From the human T2T-CHM13v2.0 reference genome, Homo sapiens: DNA of 64,000 bases. The DNA lies in the NCBI RefSeq assembly GCF_009914755.1, contig NC_060927.1. One strand, 5' to 3'. Numbering within the stretch: position 1 is the stretch's first letter; the number at the start of each line of letters is the position of its first letter. Position numbers and translations under genes: made by a program. This document shows, one piece after another, positions 25,841-43,478 of the stretch. Below the pieces are notes generated by a model. The model was not told where the DNA came from. It worked only from the letters and a program-made list of their open reading frames with translations, and did no database searches.

Positions 25841-28800
25841 CAGCTCACAACCCTCCATGTGCTCAAGTTGGTAGAAATCAATCTGCAGTAGATGAGTTAT
25901 GTTTCAACTAAATAGTCATGGACATTTAGTCTGTGAGAGACTTTGAGGATCCTTTGACTCAGGATTTGATTTTCTTTCTTTTCCCTGTTATTATTATTCT
26001 TTCATTATTCTTTCTACATTTTTTCTCTTATTTTCCACTTCTATCCAATGTTTCTTTCCTCATGACTTTTAATAAATAAAAATGAAAATGTATAGATAAT
26101 GTGGCTTATGAATAAAAAGAAAGGCCCATATTGGAATATTTTTAACATCAAAGGAAGGTATTATAAAACATCAATTTAGAATAACTAGCCTCAACATGAT
26201 TACAAATGATCATCACTTTCTACTCTTCTATGAAATTAGACCATGACTGCCTCTGTAGGAAAATCATGGCCCAAATCAGTCCATCAACCAGCTATTTAAC
26301 GCACATGACAACAAACAAATGCTTTGACTATTATAAATAAAATTACCTGAGCTCTCTTGATAATGTAACATTTTAGACAGACTCTCTAATTCTCAGAGAT
26401 TCTAAAGCACCAAGGAAAGTATAAATCCTGGAATTGAACAATCCTAGGCTGAAGCCCTGGTTCTGTCACTTGCTGTGTGTGTTTTTTCCAGCAAGTTATT
26501 GAACCTAAGCCTTTATGCCCTCATCTTCACCTGCAGGCTTGTGCCCATAACTGCCATTCATTGTTATATTCAGCAACCCAGTGACTACCTCAAGCCACGT
26601 AAATACGGAGACAAAACAACTATACCTGTCCTCAGTGTGGGAAGAAGATAGTGAACAATTTCAAAAATACACATATGCATATAAACAATAAAAGGCAATA
26701 AATGACCTAAGTTTGGGGTGGCATAGAATTCGAGAACTTGAACCTTCCAGGTTTAGTATTCACTCAGTAAACTGAGGAACACAGAGATTATTTCACTTAA
26801 GATACAATTATATAACCTATGTATGTGTGTTCGTGTGTACATATATGTATGTACACATACAGGTGTATGTGTGTGTGTGTAAAATGAGGAAAGTAATTTG
26901 GATTTCAGTAACTCATTTGGCATCCTTAAAACACGAATTTCCTTACCTATAACATTATGAAATAAAAATATATATGGGTAGTACTTAATGCTGGGTCTGG
27001 CATAGTATGCAACCCAATAAATATCAGCTATTATGAATTAGGTGCGACAAAATTATAAATGTAATCTCCAAGATCACAGGAAGGGGCTCTTATACTCTGG
27101 CAGATGCTTAAAAAAATCCAGTGTGTCCTCACTTCCAAGCTGTGGAAAAAATGACAAGGTGTTAGCAAGGGTATCAAAATAAGTGTTTGTGAAATCAAGC
27201 TGCTCTATGTGATTTATTTGGCTAATACCATACTTCTTGTTTCATATTCTTTGGCTAACTTGAAGATCTTTAGGCAGAATATACAAACTCTAGTTAGACA
27301 CTGTGTCCATTATCGCCTATAACCTTACACTCTTGTTGCTTAAAACAATTATATTTCCTTTCTTCCTCATGAAGGTTGCATGATTACACATATTATGCCC
27401 TCGATATAGGTTGCTAGGTTATCTCCACGGGTCTGAATATGCAGAATTCCTTTCTCAGACCAGAAACTTAGGGTTGTATGAATCCCATTTTATCATATCT
27501 GGAAAAGACTACTTCAAATTTGCTTTGATTATTCAGTAGGCTTGCAAACAAACCTGAATTGTTAAACTACGATCCCAGTTCAAAGTGAAATAAATCCTTT
27601 AGCATACCCTCCAAATATATCAGCTCTCTGAAACTCTCTGGACAAAAACGCACCTGTTCCTCTTCAATAACACTCCCATATAAATTTCAAGAGGATCTTG
27701 ATTTTGGAAATCAAGCCAGCCTGTATGCACCAGGCCATTTTTCCCTCCCTCCTGTCCATTGCCATAAAACTAGGTAGAAGACCTATTCAATGGCATGTCC
27801 TCCATGATACTTTGCTTGGATCCATTTAGATTGCTAGTTAAATTAAGCTCCCTACAGATAAGAAAGATATTCCCTTTTTATAAATTTGTCAAGAAAACAC
27901 TGCCTTATGGGATTTTAATGGGAATGCTGGAAATAACTCTGAGTGAGAAAATGTCATATTAGGAATGATGATATGAGGATATTTTACAGTTTCCTTGGAT
28001 AACACACTAAAGACAGATCTGCATATGGTTTCCCTGCTGTCAAGAGTGCATGGCTGGGAATGCCCAGGGAAGGAGTCATCGGGTGCCTGTTAGCAGGCTC
28101 TGTGCTCCCTCTGGGTTCTGGTCTCAGCTGATAGGAGTCCCTAAGGAACACCATGCTGCACATAGGTTGCAATTCAGCTTTGAAAATTACTTGCTCCTGG
28201 AGTATATGAGATATGTGTGTTGATAAAGGCACCAGTAAGTACAGCTGCAAACATAAATAAATGGATTTGATGTTGAATTTCATGTTTGAATAATGTTTAA
28301 AATGCCCACAGTGTCGTTTTCTGATGTCTGGATTTCTGATGTCACCAAAACAGACATTAATCTAGGAATGAACATACAGGATCAAAAGATTATAGGTCTG
28401 ATGACTGAACTAGCTAAAAAACAGAGTATCTTGAACGTACATTCCATTAGATCAGTGGTGAAGAAATGGATTGTTAAGAAAGCCAAAAAGATATAGGTTC
28501 AAAAACAAACAGTTCAGTGGTCACATGAAAACAAAACCCATAACACAAAAGCCAGAAAGGAACAAGATTAAATTTGAGTTTGAAATTAGGCTGGAAATAT
28601 GTAACCAGAAGAACAGCTCTGTGGTATGAAAAAAAATGTCCTTGGCTATAATCTTATTTATTCTGAAGTTATAAATACATTATTTTCTCTACCTCAGTTT
28701 TATCATCTGTGAAATTGGAATAATGGCACCTGGGGGAAAATGCTGAGGATTAGCTACTTAAGTTTTACTGCATTGTTTATTATAATAAGTTCTTCAGAGA

Positions 28801-31800
28801 CTGGAATAAGTGTGTGGTGAATACAGAATAAGGTGAATATATAAATATAAATAAAACTTTTGCATATATAGTATATGTATGCATGGAAAATAAATTACAT
28901 GAAACAGAGCTATAAAAGATTTTTTTAAGTACAGGAAAAAAAGAATGCTGGCAAGTTTAAAACGGGTCATTCTTAATGGGTAAAAATATTCCACATATCA
29001 TATTGCCCATCACCAAACATCTGATTTATACCAGCCAGATGCATTTTGAGTAAGACTTTAATGTGTTTTTATATTTTTAAACATCAAGAAGATGATAGTC
29101 TGAAAAAGGAAGCATTTGCAGTTGCCTGAGCTTTAGAATTCTTTCCCAAAGAAGCATCTGGGTTTGCCTAGAGTTTGAAAAATATGTTGTCTTCCTTTCA
29201 ACGGTTATTTTCTAATATGTCTCATGACCGTGTAATGTTATGTTGCCTGGAGTAGATGTCCCTGAGAATCCAAAGAGTCAAACTGCCTATCTTAATTTCT
29301 TCCGTGCCAATTCCCATGTATACTTAGTGATATTATACACTGTTAGCTGGGAAATTCGACCCCGTCTGGGAGGAAAATTTGGAGGAAAAGAAATATCAGC
29401 CATCTTATAAACCAGAGGGTATGCTCAAATTTTATTAGTGTCCATAAGGCTTATGTAGTGTACTAGTACCTGTCCTGAACACTTTATTTTACACCTGGTA
29501 CAATACCTGATGGGTCATTAAGCAGTGGGCCAACTTGGTACTCTCAACCATTGGGTCCTTGGGTGTCTAAGATATTGGTTGAAAAGTTTTTATTCAAGGG
29601 CCACCAAGAGAATACAAGAATAATGTGTTCCAAATAGCTCCAATCAATTTTATTTTTAAAAGTTCATAGTTGCTTTCTGGATGTTGTAAGTCAAAATAAA
29701 AACTGTTGAAATGGGGTATTTTAGGCACATTTGTTTGGAATCATGCTCTGAAAATTTGCAGATGCATGCCTATGAGCAAAACTGTGGGAACCTAGAAGGT
29801 TTACTGGGGTAGGAGGGGAAAAAAAACAAGTTCATTCAACTCTGGCAACAGGTTTCTAGAATTATAGAGTTTTAGATCAATGCTTTATCAAATGAACATT
29901 TTTATAAATTGACTGGATTAATTTTGTGACTATTATAAAGCCATAGTAAGCCAAATTGCAGAATTAACAATTGATACACATGACTGAAAATATGTTAAAA
30001 TAATTATTTGGTGAACTTCTATGCACAAGTTGTTACTGTTTTTTTTTTCTTCTAAAATTCCTGAATAGTTTTTTTCTTGTTTTGTCAGAACCAATTGCTA
30101 TCTATTGAGTCTTGACACTTCTTGAGTCTTTCATTTCAATTTGGACAGTTTAATCCATTCTTTGGAGCTTCTTTTTTCTTCTTTGGAGAAGACAAAATAC
30201 TTCTGTTTTCTATTCTGGAGCCATTCCCTAAATGATCCAGGATTTTCACTTCGATGGACTTAAGTTAGCTTCTCAAAACATTGGATTACTGCTGTTAAGT
30301 GTGAAATTAACTAGTTAATAAAACTAAGTTCAGAAGTTTCAATGGACTGAATCAAGGTTATCCCTATAATGGTGCTACATTAACTCATTTGGTTCTAATA
30401 CACTTTCTTTAGGGGGAAAGACAGAGAAAAAGCATATTTCATCTACTTATAATGAAGACCATCCATAAGCCTGGTTACTTTTACAGGAGGATGTTTTGTA
30501 AGCCTGTGGGGTAACAAAGCAAAACAAAACAAACAAAACATGGATTTCCAGCCCCTGTCAAATGTCAACTCTCATTCACAGAATACTGTGTTAGGTATGG
30601 GCTTCGCTCTGCTGTTTACCTGAGCAGCAGGCATTAGTGTGAGTTGTCCCCAGAAGGCATGACACCAAATTGGTTCAGAGAGAGATTTGTAAGGGTTAGT
30701 TAAAAAAAAATGGGTTTATAATTATAAAGCCAGGTGCTACTCTTGTTTCTTATTCTTCTTCAACTATTTCTGAAACAATTAATAAGGAAAAAGAGCAACA
30801 CTGGAAAAACTCATCCAAAATTACCACTAAGGCATACAACCAATAGGTTAATAAATAAGTGTGCAGTAACTATAAATGGGGTGTCTGCTTATGACTCCAT
30901 GATAAAGAGAAGAAAAAATGACAATGCATACAAATACACTTTATAACATGCATCATGGTTGCAAACATTACAATATGCATTGCCTCTGGTGCTACCATTG
31001 GCGAAGAAGAACTAATGACCTTGTCAGTAGAACCACTCAGGCTATAATATAAGACTCACCTTATGCCATCTTGAAAATCTTACAAGGTCCTCGAAAGTCA
31101 GGGCCCATGTTCTACCTTGATATTCCCCACAGCACCCAGAAAAAAATATTTTGACTGGAACAAAATCCCCGATAAAATATTTTGGATTAACAACAAAATT
31201 ATGTGTGGCAATGAATACATACACTAGCCTACTGATTCAAACAAGGGCAAGGTAAGGAAGAAAGGCTAAGATAAAGCCCATACAATGACATTATAGCAAA
31301 AAATGTTAAGATCTCTGTTAGGAGAAATAGGACAAGGAAAAGAGATTTCTAGTATGGAGCAGAGAGATTAAAATGCTGAAATTTGACAGAAAGAAAACAG
31401 AACAATTTAAATTTGATTTTTCATAGCTTCTCTGTTAAAGGGCATAAATGTTCTTGAGAATGAAAAGAGTAGAATAAACATCTGTCAGAAAGATATGCAG
31501 CTCAATATAGGTGAAAAAATTGGGGAAAAACTCGCTTTAAATGCTGTTCAGTCTTCCTGCTGAGACAAATTACAACTTTGGGGTACTGATAAAATTTACT
31601 ATTAAAGAAAATGAATTACTGAGAATGTTTTTAAAGAAATAATGGAGAAGTATAAGTGGGATGAAGATCAAAGATAAGCAAATACCTGATTTTCAGAAGA
31701 GAACATGTTAATTATATGCACTAAATAATTTTGAGGGGGGTGGAGCCAAAATGGCCAAATAGGAACAGCTCCAGTCTACAGCTCCCAGTGTGAGCAACAC

Positions 31801-31924
31801 AGAAGATGGGTGATTTCTGCATTTCCAACTGAGGTACCAGGTGCATCTCACTGGGGAGTGTCGGAGAGTGGGTGCAGGACAGTGGGTGCCGTGCACCAAG
31901 CATGAGCCAAAGCACGGCAAGGCA

Positions 31925-32188
31925 TCACCTCACCCGGGAAGCACAAGGGGTCAGGGAATTCCCTTTCCTAGTCAAAGAAAGGGGTGACACATGGCACCTG
32001 GAAAATCGGGTCACTCCCACCCTAATACTGTGCTTTTCCAACAGTCTTAGCAAACGGCACACCAGGAGATTATATCCTGCACCTGGCTTGGAGGGTCCTA
32101 TGCCCACGGAGCCTCAATTATTGCTAGCACAGCAGTCTGAGATCAAACTGCAAGGTGGCAGCAAGGCTGGGGGAGGGCAGCCCACCAT
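31925..32188 (-). pseudogene. L1 antisense ORF0, disrupted
   Basis: ATG at 32188 reads MVGCPPPALLPPCSLISDCCASNN, then TGA at 32116-32114. The same frame resumes as GPSKPGAGYNLLV...IRVGVTRFSRC, homologous to primate ORF0. Confidence 0.75.
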
Positions 32189-32763
32189 TGCCGAGGCTTG
32201 AGTAGGTAAACAAAGTGGCCTGGAAGCTCAAACTGGGTGGAGCCCACCACAGCTCAAGGAGGTCTGCCTGCCTCTGTAGACCCCACCTCTGGGGGGCAGG
32301 GCATAGCCAAACAAAAGGCAGCAGAAAACTCTGCAGACTTAAATGTCCCAGTCTGACAGCTTTGAAGAGAGTAGTGGTTCTCCCAGCATGCAGCTGGAGA
32401 TCTGAGAATGGACAGACTGCCTCCTCAAGTGGGTCCCTGACCCCGAGTAGCCTAACTGGGAGGCACCCCCCAGTAGGGGCAGACTCACACCTCACACGGC
32501 CGGGTACTCCTCTGAGACAAAACTTCCAGAGGAATGATCAGACAGCAACATTTGCTGTTCACCAATATCTGCTGTTCTGCAGCCTCCACTGTTGATACCC
32601 AGGCAAACAGGGTCTGGAGTGGACCTCCAGCAAACTCCAACAGACCTGCAGCCAAGGGTCCTGACTGTTAGAAGGAAAACTAACAAACAGAAAGGACATC
32701 CACACCAAAACCCCATCTGTATATCACCATCATCAAAGACCAAAGGTAGATAAAACCACAAAG

Positions 32764-33780
32764 ATGGTGAAAAAACAGAGCAGAAAAACTGGAAATTCTG
32801 AAAATCAGAGTGCCTCTCCTCCTGCAAAGGAACACAGCTCCTCACCAGCAACAAAACAAAGCTGGACAGAGAATGACTTTGATGAGTGGAGAGAAGAAGG
32901 CTTCAGATGATCAAACTACTCTGAGCTAAAGGAGGAAGTTCGAACCCATGGCAAAGAAGTTAAAAACCTTGAAAAAAAATTAGACAAATGGCTAACTAGA
33001 ATAACCAATGCAGAGAAGTGCTTAAAGGACCTGATGGAGCTGAAAACCATGGCACGAGAACTACATGACGAATCCACAAGCCTCAGCAGCCGATTCAATC
33101 AACTGGAATAAAGGGTATCCGTGATGGAAGATCAAATGAATGAAATGAAGTGAGAAGAGAATTTTAGAGAAAAAAGAATAAAAAGAAATGAACAAAGCCT
33201 CCAAGAAATATGGGACTATGTGAAAAGACCAAATCTATGTCTGACTGGTGTACCTGGCAGTGATGGGGAAAATGGAACCAAGTTGGAAAACACTCTGCAG
33301 GATATTATACAGGAGAACTTCCCCAATCTAGCAAGGCAGGCCAACATTCACATTCAGGAAATACAGAGAATGCCACAAAGATACTCCTCAAGAAGAGCAA
33401 CTCCAAGACACATAATTGTCAGATTCACCAAAGTAGAAATGAAGGAAAAAATGTTAAGGGCAGCCAGAGAGAAAGGTCGGGTTACCCTCAAAGAGAAGCC
33501 CATCAGATTAACAGCTGATCTCTCAGCAGAAACTCTACAAGCCGGAAAAGAGTGGGGTCCAATATTCAACATTCTTAAAGAAAAGAATTTTCAACCCAGA
33601 ATTTCATATCCAGCCAAACTAAGCTTCATAAGTGAAGAAGAAATAAAATACTTTACAGACAAGCAAATGCTGAGAGATTTTGTCACCACCAGACCTGCCC
33701 TAAAAGAGCTCCTGAAGGAAGCACTAAACATGGAAAGGAAAAACTGGTACCAGCCACTGTAAAAACATGCCAAATTGTAA
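32764..33780 (+). pseudogene. L1 ORF1p (RNA-binding chaperone), premature stops
   Basis: Canonical 338-codon span with no frameshift. Stops at 32908, 33109, 33151 and 33760. Track ORF 33220-33762 carries the RRM/CTD sequence (RPNL...QPRISYPAKLSF). Confidence 0.95.
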
Positions 33781-33843
33781 AGACCATCGAGGCTAGGAAG
33801 AAACTGCATCAACTAACGAGCAAAATCACCAGCTAACATCATA

Positions 33844-37679
<3,836 letters not shown>

Positions 37680-38296
37680 ACAATGAGAACACTTGGACAC
37701 AGGAAGGGGAACATCACACACTGGGGCCTGTTGTGGGGTGGGGGGAGCAGGGAGGGATAGCATTAGGAGATATACCTAATGTTAAATGACGAGTTAATGG
37801 GTGCAGCACACCAACATGGCACATGTATACATATGTAACAAACCTGCACATTGTGCACATGTACTCTAAAACTTAAAGTATAATAAAAAAAATAAATAAC
37901 ATAAAAGAATAAAAAAATAATTTTGATATTGATTCTTAGAAAATAATGCAATGGCCATTAAGAGATACAACGAATCACTGCAAATAATTCAGAATTTTCG
38001 CAGCTCCTTTTTCTCCATATAATTATTAATATTTTAAATTCATGAGAAATATAGCAGGTATTTATTTATCTAGATTTTAGTAAGATACTTCCTACCATCC
38101 TCACCACCACCTTCTTGTTAAAAATCAACATATATGGACTGGATTGTAATAGTAGCTAGATTTGTAACTGACTGATCAATGGCAACCACAGCATGCAAAT
38201 GACGGGCAAATCAGTATTAACTAAGCATGATTTAGAAGCTCCGAATTGAGTTCTGTTCTTCAACTTAACCTGTTCAACATTTTACAAAACAATTCA

Positions 38297-38470
38297 GGCC
38301 AGGTGCAGTGGCTCTTTCCTATAATCCAAGTGCTATGGGAGGCTGAGTTGGGAGGATTGCTTGAGCCCAGGAATTCAAGGCTGCAGTGAGCTATGATTGT
38401 GTCACTGCACTCTAGCCCAGGCAATGGTATAAGAGCCTTTCTCTAAAAAAAAAAAAAAAAAAAGTAAAAC
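38297..38470 (+). mobile_element. Monomeric Alu (FRAM-like or internally deleted AluJ)
   Basis: Single monomer GGCCAGGTGCAGTGGCTC...GCAGTGAGCTATGATTGTGTCACTGCACTCTAGCC...TCTCT plus polyA. TSD ACAATTCA at 38289-38296 and 38471-38478. Confidence 0.88.
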
Positions 38471-39384
38471 ACAATTCAACTAAGTGAATGTCACATTTGT
38501 ACATAACATGAATTTGGGGGCAGGAATAATGAATCGGCTGAGTAATAGAATAGGGTTTTAAAATAACCCAAAATGTTAGAAGAATGATACAAATCTAAAC
38601 CAATGAAATATATTTAGATAGATGTTAGGATTTATTGGCAAATAAAAACAAAACTACACATACAACTATGAGGTGAGAGAGTATAGCAATACTAGCTGTG
38701 CCTATGGGGGAAACCTATGGAGTAGATTTCTAATTTGATGATGTGAGTTGCCAAAAAAATCTGATGCAAACTTAAGCAGCAATAAACATCTAGGAATTAT
38801 CCAGAAAGTGGCAGAACATAATTCTACTTTATTCCACATCATTTACAGAATTTCTAGAGAATTATGCATACTACTGAGTGTTGCAGAGATATAAATAAAG
38901 TGAATTACATTCTGAAGAGAAAACTTCAAACCCATCACTTGAGACACTGTGGAAGAATTGAGGCAATATGGCCTGTAGAGCAGGTGAATATTGGTATTAG
39001 CACACATTGCAAAGCAGAATAAATTTAGAAAACAATCCTTTTGGTACTGAGAAATAGTTTTCTCCTTTTAAGTTTTATTTTGTGCTTTAAAAGTAATTTT
39101 ATTCCAATTATTTAAGTGAAATAGGTCCACTGTAGACAACTGAGAAAATATGTCACAATATGCAAAAAAATTTTGTTATTATTGTTAGTATTTGGTCTAT
39201 TTCATTGCAGTTTCTGCACATATATTTCTAATCATACTGTATATAATTTTGTACACTATCACTTAGCATTATATCATTAATGCTTCATTTTAAAAACCAA
39301 TATTTACTTTCTCACTCAAGTCTGAAGATTTTGTGAACATGTGCAGAAAGACTTTGAGTTTTTAAGTTCACTTTCAAAACTAAG

Positions 39385-39940
39385 TACAATGTAGAAGACT
39401 CTCAGGTACTGTCCTAGACGTTGGGGACACAGCAAAGAACAAAAGACACAAAGAATTTTTGTTGGGTTTATATTTCAGGGTGTGATTGTTGAGAAGAGGT
39501 ATAAAATGGACATGTAAGCAAATAAATGAAAACAATAATTTCTTATATGGTATACATAAGGAAATTTGATTTGACAAACGTACCCCTAAAAATGTATGAC
39601 ATTTGAACTGAGACTCGAATGACAAGGAGGAGGAAGCAATGTAAAAATCTCACAGTGGACAGTTTCAGGCAGAAGAAACAGCAAATATGAGAATCTATAC
39701 AGGTGAGAATAAAAGAGTCACATGGCTTGAGTTTGTAAGATTGGAGGAGGGCGGTACAAGATGAGGTCACGTGGATAGTCATGGTGAGGTCACGACAAGG
39801 ATTTTTATTGTATTCTGCATGCAACGGGAATCTTTTAGATGACTTTGTAGCAGGGGAATGACTTTACCTGGTTTACTTTTTAAAAATATCATTCTGGCTA
39901 CCACAGGTAGGATGAATTATGGTGGGAACAAAGATAGCAT
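39385..39940 (-). mobile_element. L2 (L2a-like) LINE fragment
   Basis: CAGGTACTGTCCTAGACGTTGGGGACACAGC, TGACATTTGAACTGAGACTCGAATGA, CAGGCAGAAGAAACAGCAAAT and AAAATATCATTCTGGCT match antisense L2. Confidence 0.8.
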
Positions 39941-41571
39941 TATGAGAAAAAATACTTTGGTATTATAGTCAATAGAGACACCAGATAGATGTTATAGTTA
40001 AGTTCTAGTTCCATTTGCTAAACATGAAAGAGTGAGTTAACCTCTCTGAGCTTTGATTTCCTCCTGTGTGAAATACGAAGTATAATATCTACCTTTTGTA
40101 AAATCCACCTTTGCAGATGTCTTATTTGCTACTTTGTTATATGAGTTGAAAATCTCAAATGACTAAATAAACATATGTTATCTTTTTTGGCATATAAAAT
40201 AAGAAGCTAAAAAAGACGATTTAAATGTGACTCTAAAATCCTTCTGGGTAATCACGGGGTAATTTAAACTCAGTCACATGATCTGTGGTTGAGCTATTTT
40301 GCATTCCATTCTCATACCTTTTAAGATCCTCAGTGAAAATAAATAAAGTGATGGTAATTTTTAAGAATGATGACTAAATATGGAACATAGTTGGGGAGAA
40401 GAGGACAAGTCTATTTTAGGGGATTAGACTTCCGAATAATTTAAAAAATTCCTTCAGTAAGCACAAATCACATAAATAAATTATATAGGTTAAATTCCTA
40501 AAAGTGAGCTCTAAGTAACTATCTTAACTATTTAATTAACACTAAATAGTGCTGTTTAAAGTTGGCCACTTAACGTTTTGTTGTATTATGATTGGTAATT
40601 GTTGCCACTGGAATTCTACCCCAGTCTCAGTTCTAAAGCCTTTCTTGGGTAAGCCTGAGGAAAGACACCTGGAAATACATATTTGACCATTAGGTAGTGA
40701 TCTAATTCCCAGGTGGCCTGGCTTGTTCTTTGGAACTTTTCTTTTAGGGTCCATGCAACATCACTTTACCCATACTTTAGTGATTTTGTTGGTTGGGCAC
40801 ATCTTGCCAGGTGAACAGTGTGACTTCTTTCTCCTGACTACTTCAAATACTTTTTTGGACAAGCAGGGAACAAATAAACAAACAAATCAATTTTCTACTC
40901 TCAGAAAGCCTGTTCCAAGGGTAGATTTAAGAGGCTCAACTGAAAACACCTTGCCTATTAGCCAGCGATCTTAGAGATGACCAAAAGTTTCTAAATAGCT
41001 TTGGAGGTCATTAAGAACATTATAGTAATAGGATTGAAGCTTTTAGGTCAGACTATCTATAAAAATGAGGGAAGGATCATCTGTCTTTTAGTCTTTACTA
41101 CTGTAATCCTGAGAAGTTTCATTCCAACACAAGGGTACTGCAATTTTCCACCAAAAGGCCTGATTATATGTGCTCTAGACTTCTTTCATATTTGTCTCCA
41201 CATTCATATTGCAGAGTCAAAAATGCCAGTGTACCTGTGTATGTCTCTGTGTATAAACATGGGCATATTTAACTTATCATACCTCAATTTAGGGATACTT
41301 GACTCTATTTTTAAAAGTAGGAAATTGTAATTATTTAAACATGACAACACCCAGAAATTGTACTTCTTTTGTGCTCTTGGCTTAAGAACTAATAATGAAG
41401 CCAGAAATCTGTTAGGACAATTAGAAACTAGCCTGCTGTAATCTAAGCTGTAAACTGGCTAGAACGTGGCTGTGTTACATTCTCATCTCTGAAAAATGAT
41501 AAAAAGATGTGTACAATAAACCTGTCCTCAGACATTTAAAAGAACTTGCTAGCACACACATTTTAAAGGAG

Positions 41572-41607
<36 letters not shown>

Positions 41608-41729
41608 ATACGTATATATATACACACACATATATATATACACACACATGTATATATATATATATATACACACACACGTATATATATATATATATATATA
41701 CACACACATGTGTATATATATATATATAT
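41572..41729. repeat. Compound (TA)n/(TG)n/(CA)n microsatellite
   Basis: About 158 bp of uninterrupted alternating purine-pyrimidine sequence. Confidence 0.95.
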
Positions 41730-42362
41730 TCTTTAGGTAAAAAGGAAAAATTAAAATCTGTTCACTGAGAAACAGATTAGAGGCCATAAAAGAATTTGGC
41801 ACACGATTATGAGATTTAAGTGAAAATGACATGCAGTGATATTCCAATGTATCATGGCACCAGAGAATACCCACAGCCTTCTCCACACAAAAAGAAGCTT
41901 TGCATGCTGTCTTCTAAATGCTGAAGCCAAGAGTGACATGGCCTTTCTGGGAGCTGAGGTTCAGCCTTGGAGTTTGCCTTGGCTCAGATCCCAGGAATTG
42001 GGCTACTGAGAGCTAAGGGCAAGATTCTGGGCCTAAGAAGCCACAGGAATGGACCAAGCCTCTCTCAGAGGCAGCAAGGCTACACAACCTGAAGGACTTA
42101 GGGGGAGGTTTTATTGTCCCCAGTGGAATTAGCATCACAGAAGGAAATGCATTAAGTACATGCTGTTAAAGAGCAGCTGTGTGATGTGCTTGACAGAGCA
42201 TAAGATCCAGAGGCAGAAATGTAGGTTTAAGCCTCGACTCTGTTACAAAGAATCCTAGCCAAATCACACATTGCCATTGGATATACAGCTTCCTTATCTG
42301 TGTAATGGGAATAATAATAGTTAACTCATTTCAAGTGCTTAATACATTCCAGGCACCTGTAC

Positions 42363-42816
42363 TGTGAGGGTCATGGACATGCCCCACTCCACAACGGTCT
42401 CCCTTCAAGAGCATCTGCTGCCAAGAGGCCATGTGGGATGAGAGCCTCCAGCGGCTACCCTTTGGGATCCACGGGGAGCTTGCACTAGGGCCATGCTTCC
42501 TCCAGGCTGTTCTCAGACAATGACTCAGTAGGGTATTAGAACTGACCTATTTCTTCCCATTGCAGACACCTAGCAGGCAACTTTTTATTTGGATTGAGTC
42601 TTTTTCAGAATCCCACTCTGAAGCTCTTCCAAACCAATCCTTTATCTGTGTGGTCCTTTGCTCACATATGTCAGACCTACATTGCAATCTGAAGCCTCCT
42701 TTCACCTTCTCTGCTGTCTTCTCCTCAATTCTTCACATGTATTTTTTTCCCAGTAAATCTCTACAACGATTTATTCCATTTAGGTCTCTGCTTCTTGAAC
42801 AACCCAAACTGAAACA
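42363..42816 (+). mobile_element. LTR16A-like ERVL solo LTR inside MIR-derived sequence
   Basis: TCTCCCTTCAAGA, AGCCTCCAGC, CAATGACTCAG and a terminal TCTGCTTCTTGAACAACCCAAACTGAAACA match LTR16A. Confidence 0.75.
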
Positions 42817-43478
42817 CATAGTAAGGGATTGATATAATCTCATTTCCTTTTCAAAACAAGCCCCTGAAATTCATATTATGATCTCTACTTTACAAACATG
42901 GAAAGGAAGAGAGAGAAATTAAAAAATAAAACAGTTCTTACTTCACAAAGTTGTTGCGAAAATCTAATGAGATAGTATATGTGGAAGGGCTTTACAACTA
43001 TTTTTTTTTCAGGGGTAGGGAAAAACACAGAGTACCCGTAGCATAGTTTTTTTCCCTTAGTTTTCTATCAGTTTTAGGCACTTACGGTAGAAAACTTTGC
43101 TTAGCTTCCAAAGGTGCCATGAGAAAGCAATACTATACTATACTCCCACCCTTTGTCTCACATCTTTGTCTATCATTTGGGGACAAAGTAGAGTGACATT
43201 TGCACATGTAAGTCAGGGGAATATGACATGCTTGACATGACATTCTGATCTGCAAAACCAGAGTTCTATTCGCCTAACCTCTCTAATCAATTTAATAATC
43301 AGCAATTTACTAGCCACTAAGGGAGACAAAGCTGCAGGAAATAAGAGATTTTTGCTTTTATTAATGTCCTTCCTAAGCATGCAAGCATATTAACAAAAGT
43401 CCTGGTATTCAAGTATGTAGTTCTCAGTGTGGAAGGTCAACATACTCCTTTATTTTCCCCCTGATAATTAAGCCTGAC

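Noticed and set aside
31053-31150. Strong minus-strand donor AAG|GTGAGT at about 31060
   Set aside because: No matching acceptor (the upstream T-run ends in CTGG, not AG) and no promoter evidence. Isolated donors are common by chance.
41475-41886. Overlapping CVCV/YIYI/THTH ORFs (also 15224-15522, 16737-17027, 46965-47435)
   Set aside because: Stop-free frames produced by microsatellites or low-complexity sequence.
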